Assembly: GCF_902652985.1 (NCBI RefSeq)
Contig: NC_047024.1
Span: 27,776,001-27,840,000, forward strand
Direction of reading: 5' to 3'
DNA length: 64,000 nt
Source of the DNA: Pecten maximus
Taxonomy: Eukaryota
Positions 38,801 to 50,400 of the stretch are shown one piece after another. The notes below the pieces were generated by a model. It saw only the letters and a program-made list of their open reading frames with translations, searched no databases and had not been told where the DNA came from. Each line of letters begins with the position of its first letter. Position 1 is the stretch's first letter. A program made the position numbers and the translations under genes.

Positions 38801-39992
38801 AACTGCGAAAGCTTTGTATGAGAACTTTATTGTTCACTATAGCTTTCCTGAGAGAATACACAGTGATCAGGGCCGCAACTTTGAGAGTAAGATCATCAAA
38901 GAACTTTGCAAACTGGCCGGTGTGAAAAAAACCAGGACCACACCATATCATCCAATGGGAAATGGTTCTGTGGAAAGGTTTAACCAAACTCTTCTTAGGA
39001 TGCTTGCCACCCTTGATGAAGATAAAAAGGCTGATTGGAAATCGTACATAGCTCCACTAGTCCAGGCCTATAACGCAACCAAAAGCGATGCCACGGGGTA
39101 CTCTCCTCATTACCTCATGTTCGGATGGCATCCACGGTTGTCAGTGGACGCATTCCTGGGTACTGAACCAGGTCAGCAGGGTGCGGTTGATCACACCTCC
39201 TATGTTGGCAAGTTGCGAACTAGGATGGAAAATGCTTACAAAACCGCACAGAGTGAAGCTAAAAAGAGATCTGCTCAGAACAAGAGTCGCTATGACCGTT
39301 CTGTTCAGAACTCCAAACTGGAAATAGGAGACCGTGTACTGATACGGAACGTAGGTCTCAAGGGCAAACATAAACTGACTGACAGGTGGGAACGGGAACC
39401 CTGTGTGGTGATAAAAATACCAAACAGTGACATTCCTGTATATGAGGTGAAGTATGAATCGGGCAAAGGTCGTAACCGTACATTGCACCGTAACATGCTA
39501 CTTCCCTTTAACTCCATTCCAATGGAAGTTCCTCCTAACTCGCAGAACCGAAAGGTTAAGCCTGCAAAGTATGTTGCTGTCCGAAGGGCAGAGCCCACAT
39601 TACCAGTATCATCCTCAGAGTCTGATTCTGAGTCAGACTCGGAGTTTGAGTTACCTCCTGCTAGACCAACTCGTCCCCGGAAGTTGCAGAGAGTACCAAA
39701 CCCTTCCATGCAAGAACCTGTGTTCAACAATTCCGATCCAATATCCGTGATAACGGAAAATGAGTTTGAACAGAGATCAAGTTTGGCAGACCTCACTAAT
39801 CTGTCGAGAGACTTGCATCAGGGTCCGGTATCCAGCCTTAATGACAGTGCTGAGTCCACAGTGTACCAGGAACACGACAGTTCAGAGGTTGTTGAACCAA
39901 GAAGGTCAGCTAGACCTAGACAGCCTCCAGATCGTTATGGTCAGTGGGTGTTTCCTCTGCAGTGTTCATTACAAAATCTAGATCTGAAGTAA
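35808..39992 (+). CDS. pol: Pol polyprotein: aspartic protease, reverse transcriptase, RNase H, integrase
   Basis: LIDSGS; LDLRAGYWQ..FGL..AP..FLDDIL; HTDAS..KLEFLAL..TDNNPL; H-X4-H..C-X2-C; IDF..HSDQG..VERFN; uninterrupted frame. Confidence 0.97.
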   Translation, partial: PKRVTVSAVGQAETESSSAGQTNILDRLLGVSNEGDIFIDGVQVKGLIDSGSMVSTISESFFKTLPHKPDLQDISTLGLDVTVANGSNLKIKGFIECDVRLPFLSDKVFSVLVLVVPDTNYNKSCPCLMGTNVIRLVKDFMNSGNFTLPPEWKVAVDSISCTFDTRSLNKKVLKVHPYQSTVINGMVRGLDPDTSTIITENRSDNSNLKYTVCPRVLKVKNSVSNVKVPVKICNLTAKPIYIQPKSIICSVNQVKVVDNLASELPSITEFKSLPEDLGINLNTENLSEEQLYRVRQVLGNWKQAFSTSPFDLGCTDIIQHKIDLIDERPFKQPYRKIPPGMYEEVRQHVKDMLEAGVIRESNSPFSSNVVLVRKKDGSLRFCIDYRMLNSRTRKDAYMLPRFDDTIDTLIGSRYFSKLDLRAGYWQIEVAEEDRPKTAFSVGNLGFYETNRMGFGLTCAPASFQRMIEKCMGDMHLRECLIFLDDILIFSRTFDEHLTRLESVFSRLVQHGLKLKPSKCELFKTSVTYLGHVVSEEGIATDPAKLSAVRDWPRPNNVKELRQWLGFSGYYRRFIKDFSSIAQPLNKLLQGHDLTKKKKTAKSKGKTKVKKKAEWVWGEPQQTAFDTLKEKLLSPPVLAYADYKKPFILHTDASGLGLGAVLYQEQDGVERVIAYASRGLRPSERNYPAHKLEFLALKWAVTDKFHDYLYGNTFKVVTDNNPLTYVLGKAKLDATGHRWVAALANYNFTLSYRPGKQNIDADGLSRMSVCSDVVQAVCQSAVTVAPLVECVSDDPVSHMANEDTGSVDSFAAVDWKVQQHRDKDIARVIDLLRTGFLPRGKRLQGETVYVQKMFRTWKKLSLHDGILYRTASLDGQNVKQLVLPKQYHSLALKGVHDDTGHQGKEKTLWLAKQRFYWPGLENDVNHKVETCGRCVRRKAPVKPVAELIPISSSHPMELVCIDFLTADKCKGGIEDILVITDHFTRYAQAVPCRNQTARTTAKALYENFIVHYSFPERIHSDQGRNFESKIIKELCKLAGVKKTRTTPYHPMGNGSVERFNQTLLRMLATLDEDKKADWKSYIAPLVQAYNATKSDATGYSPHYLMFGWHPRLSVDAFLGTEPGQQGAVDHTSYVGKLRTRMENAYKTAQSEAKKRSAQNKSRYDRSVQNSKLEIGDRVLIRNVGLKGKHKLTDRWEREPCVVIKIPNSDIPVYEVKYESGKGRNRTLHRNMLLPFNSIPMEVPPNSQNRKVKPAKYVAVRRAEPTLPVSSSESDSESDSEFELPPARPTRPRKLQRVPNPSMQEPVFNNSDPISVITENEFEQRSSLADLTNLSRDLHQGPVSSLNDSAESTVYQEHDSSEVVEPRRSARPRQPPDRYGQWVFPLQCSLQNLDLK

Positions 39993-40651
39993 ACCATGAT
40001 TATGGATCTGTGTTAAAACATTCCTGTGATGAAATGAGTATTTTAACATTTTTATATACATTTTACAATTGATATTTAACCATACCTGTAGGGCATAACG
40101 CTCTGGATGGTAGGGACTGGCCCAACCTCCAGAGAAGTCCTAGCCAGGTGTGGTAATAATTTTTAATTTTTATTTCATCGTTGTTGTTTTTTTAACTATC
40201 ACCGTTTCATGTTAGCTATATATGTGATTTACTTTTGTTTACTGTTCATGCAGTCACCTTATAGTCATGATGGTGCTGGTAGGGACTGGCCCAACCGCAC
40301 AACTCGTGGCTATGTTGGACATGAACCTTTACCTGAAAAGGTCATATAATTTGGTTCTTACTGTGAACCGTGTTGGATATCTCCTTGATTCAAAACCCTA
40401 TCTGTAAAGATTGGTTTAGGTCAACCTACAGTGTATACCGGTTTGTTTTGCTGTATTATATATGTAGCACCATGGTGTTACCAGCCCTGGTTACATTAAG
40501 GCTAGTGGGTTAATCCCAATATAACTGTAAATTGTGGACCCTAGTTTTAATTGCAGTTGTTTCTAGAACAATTGCTGGCTCAGCATGCCATGTATCTGTT
40601 TTAAAACTGATCATACGTGGTATTAATTGAGATGCCAGGAGCCATCTCATC

Positions 40652-40663
40652 AGGGAGGGGGAG
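40652..40663 (+). promoter_or_regulatory. Polypurine tract
   Basis: AGGGAGGGGGAG, 2 nt before the 3' LTR, preceded by hairpin TGAGATG...CATCTCA. Confidence 0.9.
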
Positions 40664-40665
40664 TA

Positions 40666-41147
40666 TGTAGCCAGTTGGATATATATATTGTGTTATATAA
40701 TAACACAGGTCAGGGTTGACTGACCAACAGGTAAGTTCCCGCGCCTCATACTGCGTCATGCATTGGAATGTAAGGTATGTGTGGAAGTTGTCCTGATTGG
40801 TCATTGTAGTGAGCAGGTGAGTGTGTGCGCATGCTAAACACCTGTCAATACCCTGCACCAGCACACTTTTCCATCATTCCAGACACGGCACTCAGCATGA
40901 CAACATGTTACAATGTACCAGTCATCCGTCCCTGGTAAGTCTTCTAAATATATGATCATATTACTTGTTATTTTATTGAAGATCCTACATTTGTACATGT
41001 AATCGTCTTGGTTATTTACGTTCATGTTATGTCCATCGTCGCGTGTCCGTTATTCATGTCATGTTTATACATTTGTAGGCCTTCTGATTAAACCTGAAAC
41101 TTATACAAGTTGTCCGTGTGATGTTTGCCCACACACATAAGGCTACA
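40666..41147 (+). repeat. 3' LTR (482 bp)
   Basis: Identical by eye to the 5' LTR. Confidence 0.97.
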
Positions 41148-41707
41148 TTTTATTAGTTATATAACATGAAAGATAACAAAATTATTATTTTTTTTTAATC
41201 TAACACAATATGATTAATATTTTGTTTCACCAGACATGGCATTTTTAATTCGATCTAAATTAAATGTTTAACTCTAAAAATTTTCAACAAAAAGGAAACA
41301 TTCTTAACAGTTTCATGCTTTTCTATCCAGATGCCAGACATGGTGTCAAGGCCAGATAAAGCGTGGTCTAACTTGAGACAATCTGACTGGTGGTCTAACT
41401 TGAGACAATCTGACTGGTGGACGTACTGCTTATAATAGAGAGTAGGGGAAACTCATGATCAGGCTAGCTACACCCTACCTGCAGAATATTATTATAATGT
41501 ACATGCAATTGCATAAGCCTACTGCATATTCAGGTATCTAGGTACATGTATATACAATTTTGTAGATGTTAAAAATGAGAAAATCAGTGTACAAGGTAGA
41601 ATTGGGCATTTATTGAGGCCAGGTAACTTTGAGCTTATAGTTAATATGACAAATCTGTTCATCTGCATGTTGTTACAGAAAAAATAATCATTTAATGAAT
41701 TGCTCCC

Positions 41708-41808
41708 AAGACACTCATTTGCCACAAGACACTCATTTGCCACAAGACACTCATTCCTCATAGGACACTTATTTCCCAAAGACACTCATTTCCCACAAGA
41801 CACTCATT
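41708..41808. repeat. Short ~19-bp tandem repeat (AAGACACTCATTTGCCAC)
   Basis: About 6 degenerate copies. Confidence 0.7.
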
Positions 41809-42330
41809 ATAGCAGAGACCAGAGATGTGTAGGTTGACCACAGGTGCACATGTATGTCTTTACAGCAGGTATATTTCTGACTTATTGTTTTTAATATAAG
41901 ACTAGACATGCCACTGTGGGTGGACGCTGTATAGATGTTGCCATGTGGTTTAATGAGCAACAGTCCAGTCAATTTAAAACTGCCTTGGGGCATTAAGCAA
42001 GATCCTAAGGAAATTCGGATTAACAAAAACAGGGGATTGTGATTTTCAGTAAATATGGTGAGTAAATCAGCACAATACAGTATTGTAGCCGATACGTGGG
42101 GATTGTTAATTTTATAATTTTTCTAAGTTAAGCTATAAAACGGTTTATTCTTTACCTAATCACCAATACCATATCTAACGACATCACACGCCGTGACTAC
42201 AACATGAGGGGGGGGGGGGGGGGGCAGCAATATTTCTGTAAACAAATTGCTTCACTATAGTCTACTATAGATCTAGTACAGTAAAATATCCTAATTCCTG
42301 TCATTTATGTTGACAGCGTCTGCTACTTAC

Positions 42331-42425
42331 TCTTTTGAGATTCAATAATAAACATCAATAGTCCGATGAAACATACGTGTGGCCATTTGTAGCTTCGCCA
42401 TCGGTTTGTAAACAACGTTTCGGCA
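42331..42425 (-). promoter_or_regulatory. IFTAP: Probable non-coding first exon and core promoter of IFTAP
   Basis: Strong donor AGA|GTAAGT at 42331/42330; GATGGCG (YY1-like) and GTTGTTTAC motifs; CCAAT boxes about 42625-42715; CpG-containing island; the first coding exon needs an upstream exon. Confidence 0.55.
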
Positions 42426-43910
42426 GGAATTTTTATGTATTTTTGGGAGTGATCTCCCTTTAGATACAGGTTAAGGATCCTTGCTCTTCGTGCTTCATTT
42501 TTTTTCGTTTTATTTTATCAAAGTAGCAAGGGTCGCTTTTGGCAATCCTATGAAATTTTCTGATTTTTGTTTGTTTACCCATCATCATCAGTGGGCTGTT
42601 CAAACCGCTTCAGACGTCCAATACGCTGCATATATATCAAGAGAGACAACTCTAACTTCAGAGGAACATTAACCAATCACAGTAACAGTAACGGCAAAAG
42701 CATTCAGTATTGGCATGAATATGATTTTGATCAATAGTGAGAATTTAATCAAATGAAAATATAAAATGACCGATATAGATACTTTATCTGCCATTTTCTA
42801 ATTCACTGTTGTCCAAAGTTTCTGCATTGGAATACAATGCATCAATCAACAACACATTCATAAAGATTCAGTTTCATCATTAATTTTATTCACATATAAC
42901 AATATCATAACAACATACATATATGTAATTAAGAAATTGTACAAATATTTCTTTCTTTATTTCCTCCAAATATGAAAAGTTAAGAAATATACTTCACAAA
43001 TAACATTGAAAGAAAAGAAAAATAATGCATTGACGCTCACGATCACATCATTACATACATGTACATGTAGTGACAGACACATGGACAGTGATTTAATAGA
43101 TCACTTTACACTCCTCATACTACATCATCATAGACATATATTACTAAGTAATCGTGCAGAATTGTAATAATTAATAAATAATTAAGAAATGTAATATTAC
43201 ACACATCGCATTATACCGTATCATTAGAAACAGTATTACGGATACATACATGTATGTATATAATTTACAATCCAAAATAAAGTAGAACCCATTGCAATAA
43301 GCCATACGGCATAGTAATATAGTGATGTGAAATCACCACGTTACACGCTTTATATTGTACAATCACTCTGACAATTTGGAACAACGTTTGAGGAGGGAGT
43401 AACTGGACATCTCTCCTTTGGTGTACGCGAAGAGCTTTGCCTGGTGGGTACGGGTCTGAAATGGAAGAAGGTAAATATTACGTATAACAACAGCCTATTA
43501 ATACGTTAAAACAAACTTTGTATCCACTTCCTTAAGACTGTTAACGTATCATTAACACAATAAACATATATGACTTTGACTTGTGTGTCACTTCTTGTCC
43601 TCGCTTCTACTGACTGATATTGCAACGAAGGTTATCAATTACGTTCCTGAGACTTACCACTTTATCATATATATATATTCCTGTTCGTACCTGTTTCTTT
43701 TGATGCCTGCTCAGCTTCCCCTCAGACACCAGTCGCCTCTGCAGGGGAAGAAGGGGTGACTCCTCAAACAGTAAGGGAATGGTAGATCCAGAGGTTGCCT
43801 CCTGAAAAGGAAAGAAAAGGTTTGTTACTAATTTTACATTATCATAATTAAATGTCGTGCCGAGATTTATAGCAATTTTTGCCATTTAACTATAACTTTT
43901 ATGGATTGTT

Positions 43911-44253
43911 TTAAGCATTGATGTCATTTTTTTTTAGTTTCATTTAGTTTTTTGCGTAGCGTAGCGGATTCTTACAGAAGTTTGCAAACAAAATTTGTTT
44001 CATACCTCGATGAAACTAAAAAAAAAATTGACATCAACGCTTATAATTAATTTTTGAAAATGATTTCTAATTTAAAACATGTTTTATGTACAATTTTATT
44101 CTTTTTCTCAAATCAATACGCAACGTCAATATTGTCGTATTGTGACGTCACATTTTTCGCGCCATTCTCGGAATTTCTTTCATAGAAGAATGAAAAGAAT
44201 TTTTCGACCAATCACATTTGAGTATTTACCATGAAAACAAAGAAAAATTAATT
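43911..44253 (-). mobile_element. Hairpin-ended element, copy 2 (inverted relative to 10986-11378)
   Basis: Shares GCGGATTCTTACAGAAGTTTGCAAACAAA, GATGAAACTAA..TTGACATCAA and the reverse complement of the copy-1 body. Confidence 0.7.
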
Positions 44254-44856
44254 ATTTCGTTATAGATCATATATACATTTCTGTAGGTCAATTTTTGTTT
44301 TCAAGGTGTCAAAAAGTATTCTATAAAACATTTTCCATTGATTGTACGTAATACAATTTTACTTTATATCAATTCAACTTACCTGATGCCTTGTCGTTGA
44401 CACGTCTGTGCCAACCTTCTACATCGTTGTTGGTGCGTGTGGCCAGTCCAAACACGCTCCAACATGATGGGGCCCAGGGGTAGCTTAATATCCATCGCCT
44501 CTCGACATAAGCAGTCTTTGCCTTCAGTCTGAAAAAAAATCAAGTGTTTTATTAAACATGTTTAAGGGTCTGCATCTGTTGAGATTTTTTAGTTAGAATG
44601 CAAAATAAGCAAAATATAAAAATACTGTATGTTTACAAAGTGTGTATACAAATGTAGTTATTGTTGTTGCATTTATTGTTATTACATACATGTTGAAAAC
44701 AGCTGGAATCTTGTCCTCTGGCATGTAAACAAGGGCCAGAAACTGTCTCACAAAGGCATGGACAGAGCCTCGTTGGCGGTAAGGTCCCTGTGAAAGAAAA
44801 ACATCATTGTAAAATAAAACATAGTATATATAGAATTCTCACAAATCAAATGTTTA

Positions 44857-44898
<42 letters not shown>
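44857..44898. repeat. (TC)n microsatellite
   Basis: Direct. Confidence 0.95.
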
Positions 44899-44900
<2 letters not shown>

Positions 44901-45095
44901 TAAAGAATTATATTACATAACCAATACCAACGAAATAAGATTTACATACGGACATACTTTAAAATAATTACTGATACAGATATGACGTACATGTACTAGT
45001 ACTTACATCTCGTCGCAGTTCCAATGATGAGGCAATCCCTGGTTTGCTGACATGGGTGTGGGCGTCGGTCCCGTCATGGAAGGTGTCTCCCTTCT

Positions 45096-45560
45096 GTATA
45101 AAACGCGGTAGTTATTGGTTTAAACGAGATAAAGTCATACGTACGCGATTTATTGATATAGTTATCGTTTTTTAACGGGATAACTAACGCATTTTAACGG
45201 GATAACTAACGCGTTTTAACGAGGTACATATTTTTATTTTGCTTTTCAAAAAAAAAAAATGTATCTCATTAAATCGCGTTAGTTATCCCGTTAAAACGCG
45301 TTTGTTATCCCGTTAAAACGCGTTAGTTATCTCGTTAAAACGCGTTAGTTATCCCGTTAAAACGCGATAGTTATCTCGTTAAAACGCGTTAGTTATCCCG
45401 TTAAAACGCGATAGTTATCTCGTTAAAACGCGTTAGTTACCTCGTTAAAACGCGTTAGTTATCCCGTTAAAACGCGTTAGTTATCTCGTTAAAACGCGTT
45501 AGTTACCTCGTTAAAACGCGATAGTTTTCCCGTTAAAACGCAATAATTATCTCGTTAAAA
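45096..45560. repeat. Foldback-type repeat: 22-bp units (AAAACGCGTTAGTTATCCCGTT) in opposed orientations
   Basis: Reverse-complement units at 45172-45222, then about 13 forward units at 45268-45560. Confidence 0.85.
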
Positions 45561-47406
45561 GAGACTTTGAAGACCCTCAATTGTTTCAGAAAATAACTCT
45601 AAATCATCTGCATACAATAACAGAAAAAGACTCAGTTCTCCAAAATCATAACCAGTACATCCGTTTTCAATAAGACTATTTTCAAAATCATTTATGAACA
45701 AAGAAAAAAGCAAGGGTGACAATATTTCCCCTTGCAGTAAACCAACATTGTTAGAGAAAAAGTTTGAACACTTACCATTTGCTAAAACACACGCTTTAAC
45801 TGACGCATAAAGAGATTTAACCGTTGCTAAAAGTTTACCCCTAATACCTACTTTGGGCAGTTTATACCACAAACTTACTCTGTCTACATAATCGAAAGCT
45901 TTGTGAAAATCGACAAAGCAACAATAAAGACGTTTTTTATTAGATAAGGTTTTCGAAACTATGTTATGTAACGCGAAAATTGCATCAATAGTACTTACAC
46001 CTGGCTTGAATCCAAATTGAGCGTCTGTTAATATATCCTGTCTGTTACAAACATCTAACAGTCTCTTATTGAGAATGGAAGTAAATAATTTGCATAAGCA
46101 ACTGATAAGGCTAATTCCACGGTAGTTATTAGGATCTGTACGATTTCCTTTCTTATGGATCGGTACAACAACTGCGGTAGACCATTCGGACGGAAAACAC
46201 CTAGAATTTAGAATATCATTAAACAACTTAAATTAAATCGGTATGAGGATAACTTTACCATCGATGAAACATTCATTCAACAAACAGTCTAGGCCGTGTG
46301 ATTTACCACGTTTAAGATTATTCATTGCATCTTGTATTTCTTTCATAGTAACCTCTGCATCTAACTCTTCAAAAATTACCGCGTCATCAACTTCAGCCTC
46401 GTTTTCGAGTCCATTTGTAGAACCTGTTCTATCTGCATCGTGTGCAATATTTTTAAAATGGTCAAACAACTGTTTCATAGGTATTTGTGGTGATTTGTTA
46501 TTTCTGGTTTTACTAGACTTTTTGTAGAAATATTTAGGATTGTGCTTGCGCAAAAACTCCATCATATCACCCTCGTGGATTAAGTATAGTCTTTTAAATT
46601 TCTTTTCGGATATTTTATACTACCTTTTCTTTGCAATTATCGCTATTATCATGTTTATCAAACCTATCGACAGAAACATTTTTCTTAAAAAACGGCTCCA
46701 TGATACTTTGCAACTCTGAAGTGACTAGATTAACACCACAATCAATCGATTCCTGATTCAAATTATTATTGAGTAGCACATGACTTTTGAATTTATCAGA
46801 ATTTATATTTAAAGATTCTAAAAACTCATGCTTACAATTGGCATCCCATGAAAAAATAGGTCTGGGATTTCCATTAGGACCATCGTAATTGTTCACATTA
46901 TTTGTTACGTTCATTTTCTGGTAAACAGTTGTAAGGGCGCATGATCTGAAAATTCCGTAAAATTACATACAATAAATTTCTTCACAATTGGGAATAAAAT
47001 AAAAGGCATTAATAAATAATCAATTACACTCAAGCCATTATGTCCACAACAAGTGAAATCGTTGGAAGTTCCCTCTTTTCCTCTACCATTCCTAATACGG
47101 AGACCAGTGGACTTACACAATTTGATTAAACGTGACCCATAATCATTGATACCAGTATCAGGATTATTTCAGGGGGGGGGGGGGGGGGGGGGGGGGGGAT
47201 TGAAAATGTTTTTGAAAAAAATAATCACATCATCTATATAATCCTGCAACTTAATGTATTTATACTTCTATTTTTTCATTCTTATGTTACTCTCGAATAT
47301 GTACATGTTTTTGATCGCTGTTCTGGAAATCATGTAACCATACACATCCTTTATCAGTATTTCATTGTATCTATTATTTTAAAAACATGGCAGTATTCAT
47401 TTGACT

Positions 47407-50400
47407 ATGGCTGAAGGTCTCAGGATTGGAAGTATTAATTGTAGAGGTTTGTCATCAGATCCAATAAAGCGGAGAGATATTTTTGATAAATGTAGGCAGA
47501 AGTATGACATTACTTTTCTTATAGATACACATTCTGTTAAAAAGATTGAGAATTCATGGAAAATCGAATGGGGATATGAAGCCTGGTTTAGTTCGTATAC
47601 ATCAAATAGTAGGGGTGTAGCAATATTGTTTAAGAATTCTTTTGGATTCTCTTTTTTATCAAAGAAAGAAGACAAAAATGGTAATTTTTTAATGATAAAT
47701 ATTCATCTTACTTCATGTGATAAGAATTTAACTTTAATTGCAGTGTATGGACCAAATGGTACAGATGTAAACTTTTATCATCAACTCTCTAGCCATCTTG
47801 AATTTTGTGAAAATACCTCTCTCATTATAGGTGGTGATTGGAATACACCACAGAATTATGCAAAGGATACTAGAAACTATATAAATAGGAACAATGCTAC
47901 AAATCGAGATAAAATTTTGGACATTATGGATTCATTTGATCTTGTAGATATCTGGCGAGAACAAAATCAAGATATAAATTTATATACTTGGCATGGTCCA
48001 AATAATAAACAGGCAAGGTTAGACTATTTTTTGATATCTTCAGATTTGGCTCCATTAGTTAATAAGAGTGACATAGGGATAAGTTACAGGTCAGATCATA
48101 GTCCAATATCAATAGTACATGTACTAGACTTTATAAAACAGAAAAGGGGAAAGGGAACATGGAAGTTCAATAATAGTTTGCTGAGAGATCAAGAATATGT
48201 AATTTTAGTAAAGAGATGTATTAATGAAGTAATTAATCAATATGCAGAAAATCCAGAAATAGATAATAAGGACTTATTAATTTTTTTGAATCAGTGACTC
48301 TTTATTATGGGAAACATTAAAATTCACTATAAGGGGAATGACTATTGCTTATACAGCACAGAAAAAAAGAGATAGGGGGAAGGAAGAGAAGCAGTTAGAA
48401 TCCAAATTAGAAACACTACAAAAAGCAGAACATAGACAAGTAGAACATATACAGTGTTATATATATGGTATATATATATATTATCAACCATCAAGTGTGT
48501 ATCCGGAATTAATCAATATCATCTTTTTATGTTAGTATGTTTATTGTTCCGTAATTTGTGTCCGTTCATCACCGGAAGTTGTTTTGATGTTTAGTTGAAG
48601 AAGAATAAAATATAAGTTGGAGGCACCACGTGTTAGAGATTTTATATTGTACACACAGCCAAGCAAACCCCAAACACAACATGGAGGAGAATCCAGATCC
48701 CGGATGACAATGTGAGAGACATCAGAAACCGCCAGCTGTTGCTGACGAGTTCGTATTCACTATTGTAGATAATGTAAATAATATGTGTCGGTGATGGAGC
48801 ACGTGGTTCGTCTGTTGAAACTTGAAAGTGTCGTCAATCGTCATGTAGGCCTAATTGTTTGAACTTTTGATTTTTTTTTTGTCTTCGTGAAATCAACAAA
48901 ATCCCAGGACACACCCATATATAGTTTTGTAAGAAATCATCGTCATGTGTCTGTAAGAACGTCAACATGATTGGACAAATCCGTCGAATGGAGAAGTGCT
49001 GGTACTAGTACAACTGCACAGGCTACCTGAAGTTCCGCCATGATCTGGACGGGCAATCTACACTAACAGTGACGATGAACACATGAAACGTATCATTTAG
49101 TTTCATTTATTTATCAACATCCATTAATATGTATCTATATATGAAGATCACCATCTCTGATGTGGTGAACCGACGTTGTTTATATGTTTCGTCAAGTAAC
49201 TTTCCAGTGACATACTAGGAGTGTGCATGTGACCGCCATTCTCGTACCCTCTGTGATCCCTTCCTTTGAAGATGATGTCGAGTCCTAGGCCTACTGTCAA
49301 GGAAGTTTTAGAGTTTTATAGTGACTTTCCTGATTGCTGAATTAATAATAACATCAAAATCCAGTTCAACATGTTGACTTTGAAATTTTTTTTTAGCTAT
49401 GATCACTTCAGATCAGGTTTCAGTGTATTGAACAATGCTTTTGGACACACAGTCAAGATTCATTTGAAAAAAAATTTAGTGCATTAAACATTTAATGTTG
49501 TGATATCTTAGTTAACTGATACATATTGATTGTCTTTAAAATAAGTGGTTTATTATCATTAACATTGCAATTGAAACACTAGATATTATACATCTTGTAA
49601 ATTTGCTTTTTACTACATTAGTATTCCATAATGGTATATTTTACCTTTTATCTAGCTCTTGATTTGTCAGTGTTTTAACATTATTATTACCCTCTAGTCA
49701 TGACAATACAGTATTATATTGCACAACATCATTGTTTTCTAAATGTTAATGAATGTTTTTCTCAGATAAATTATATCGGAAATATACTATAATTTTCAAG
49801 AGCGAAATCTCTGCTGATATTACTGTGGATCACATGTCATATTTGGTTAACATTTTTAAAGTATGAGCATATAATCAATAAGTATGTCAACTGTATTATG
49901 TTGTTACATGGATTTCGGGTAGTATTGTATTGTACATTGTAATGTTTTTGGAACTTTGGTGATTTCATGCTGGTAGTGTTTGGTGGTAATTGATATATGT
50001 TCTGATATTGTGATTATTCATGAACCACAAGGCCACGCCGAGATATTTTTCAGCGCATATACATGTATAGCTACAGTAAGGCTGATAGGGATAGATATAA
50101 AGCTGGCAGGTTAATGTATATTTTGTGTAATTATTGCAAGTTTTATTATGGTCAATTACTCTATAACTTTAAATCACATGGCCTTAGGACGCAACATGAT
50201 GATACTGTAATAGTAAACAGTTATTTGAGTATTGCCAGAACAAACTATAAATTGATGACTGACATTTATGTATGTATTTTAATTTGTATTGTTGAATCTT
50301 GAGCTTGATAAAATGTTAACTAAATAAATGCTACTTATAAAACTTTATATTAATATCCAATTTAATTACTCCATCCTTGAAACTACATTGGTACTAATAG

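Larger units (their letters stand above)
33063..41147 (+). mobile_element. Full-length Ty3/Gypsy LTR retrotransposon (8085 bp) with an extra SGNH-like ORF
   Basis: Two 482-bp LTRs, PBS, PPT, gag, pol with PR-RT-RH-IN order; flanks TATTA / TTTTA (imperfect TSD). Confidence 0.97.
43360..45095 (-). pseudogene. 3' exons of a decayed intron-containing MULE (Mutator-like) transposase
   Basis: Exons 44690-44787 (GPYRQRGSVHAFVRQFLALVYMPEDKIPAVFN), 44383-44528 (YVERRWI..WSVFGLATRTNNDVEGWH), 43691-43801 (frameshifted; IPLLFEE..LQRRLVSEGKL), about 43360-43455; GT/AG sites; RTNNxxEGWH is the catalytic-Glu motif. Confidence 0.8.

Noticed and set aside
39993-40651. Possible env gene after pol
   Set aside because: No sizeable ORF, signal peptide or transmembrane segment
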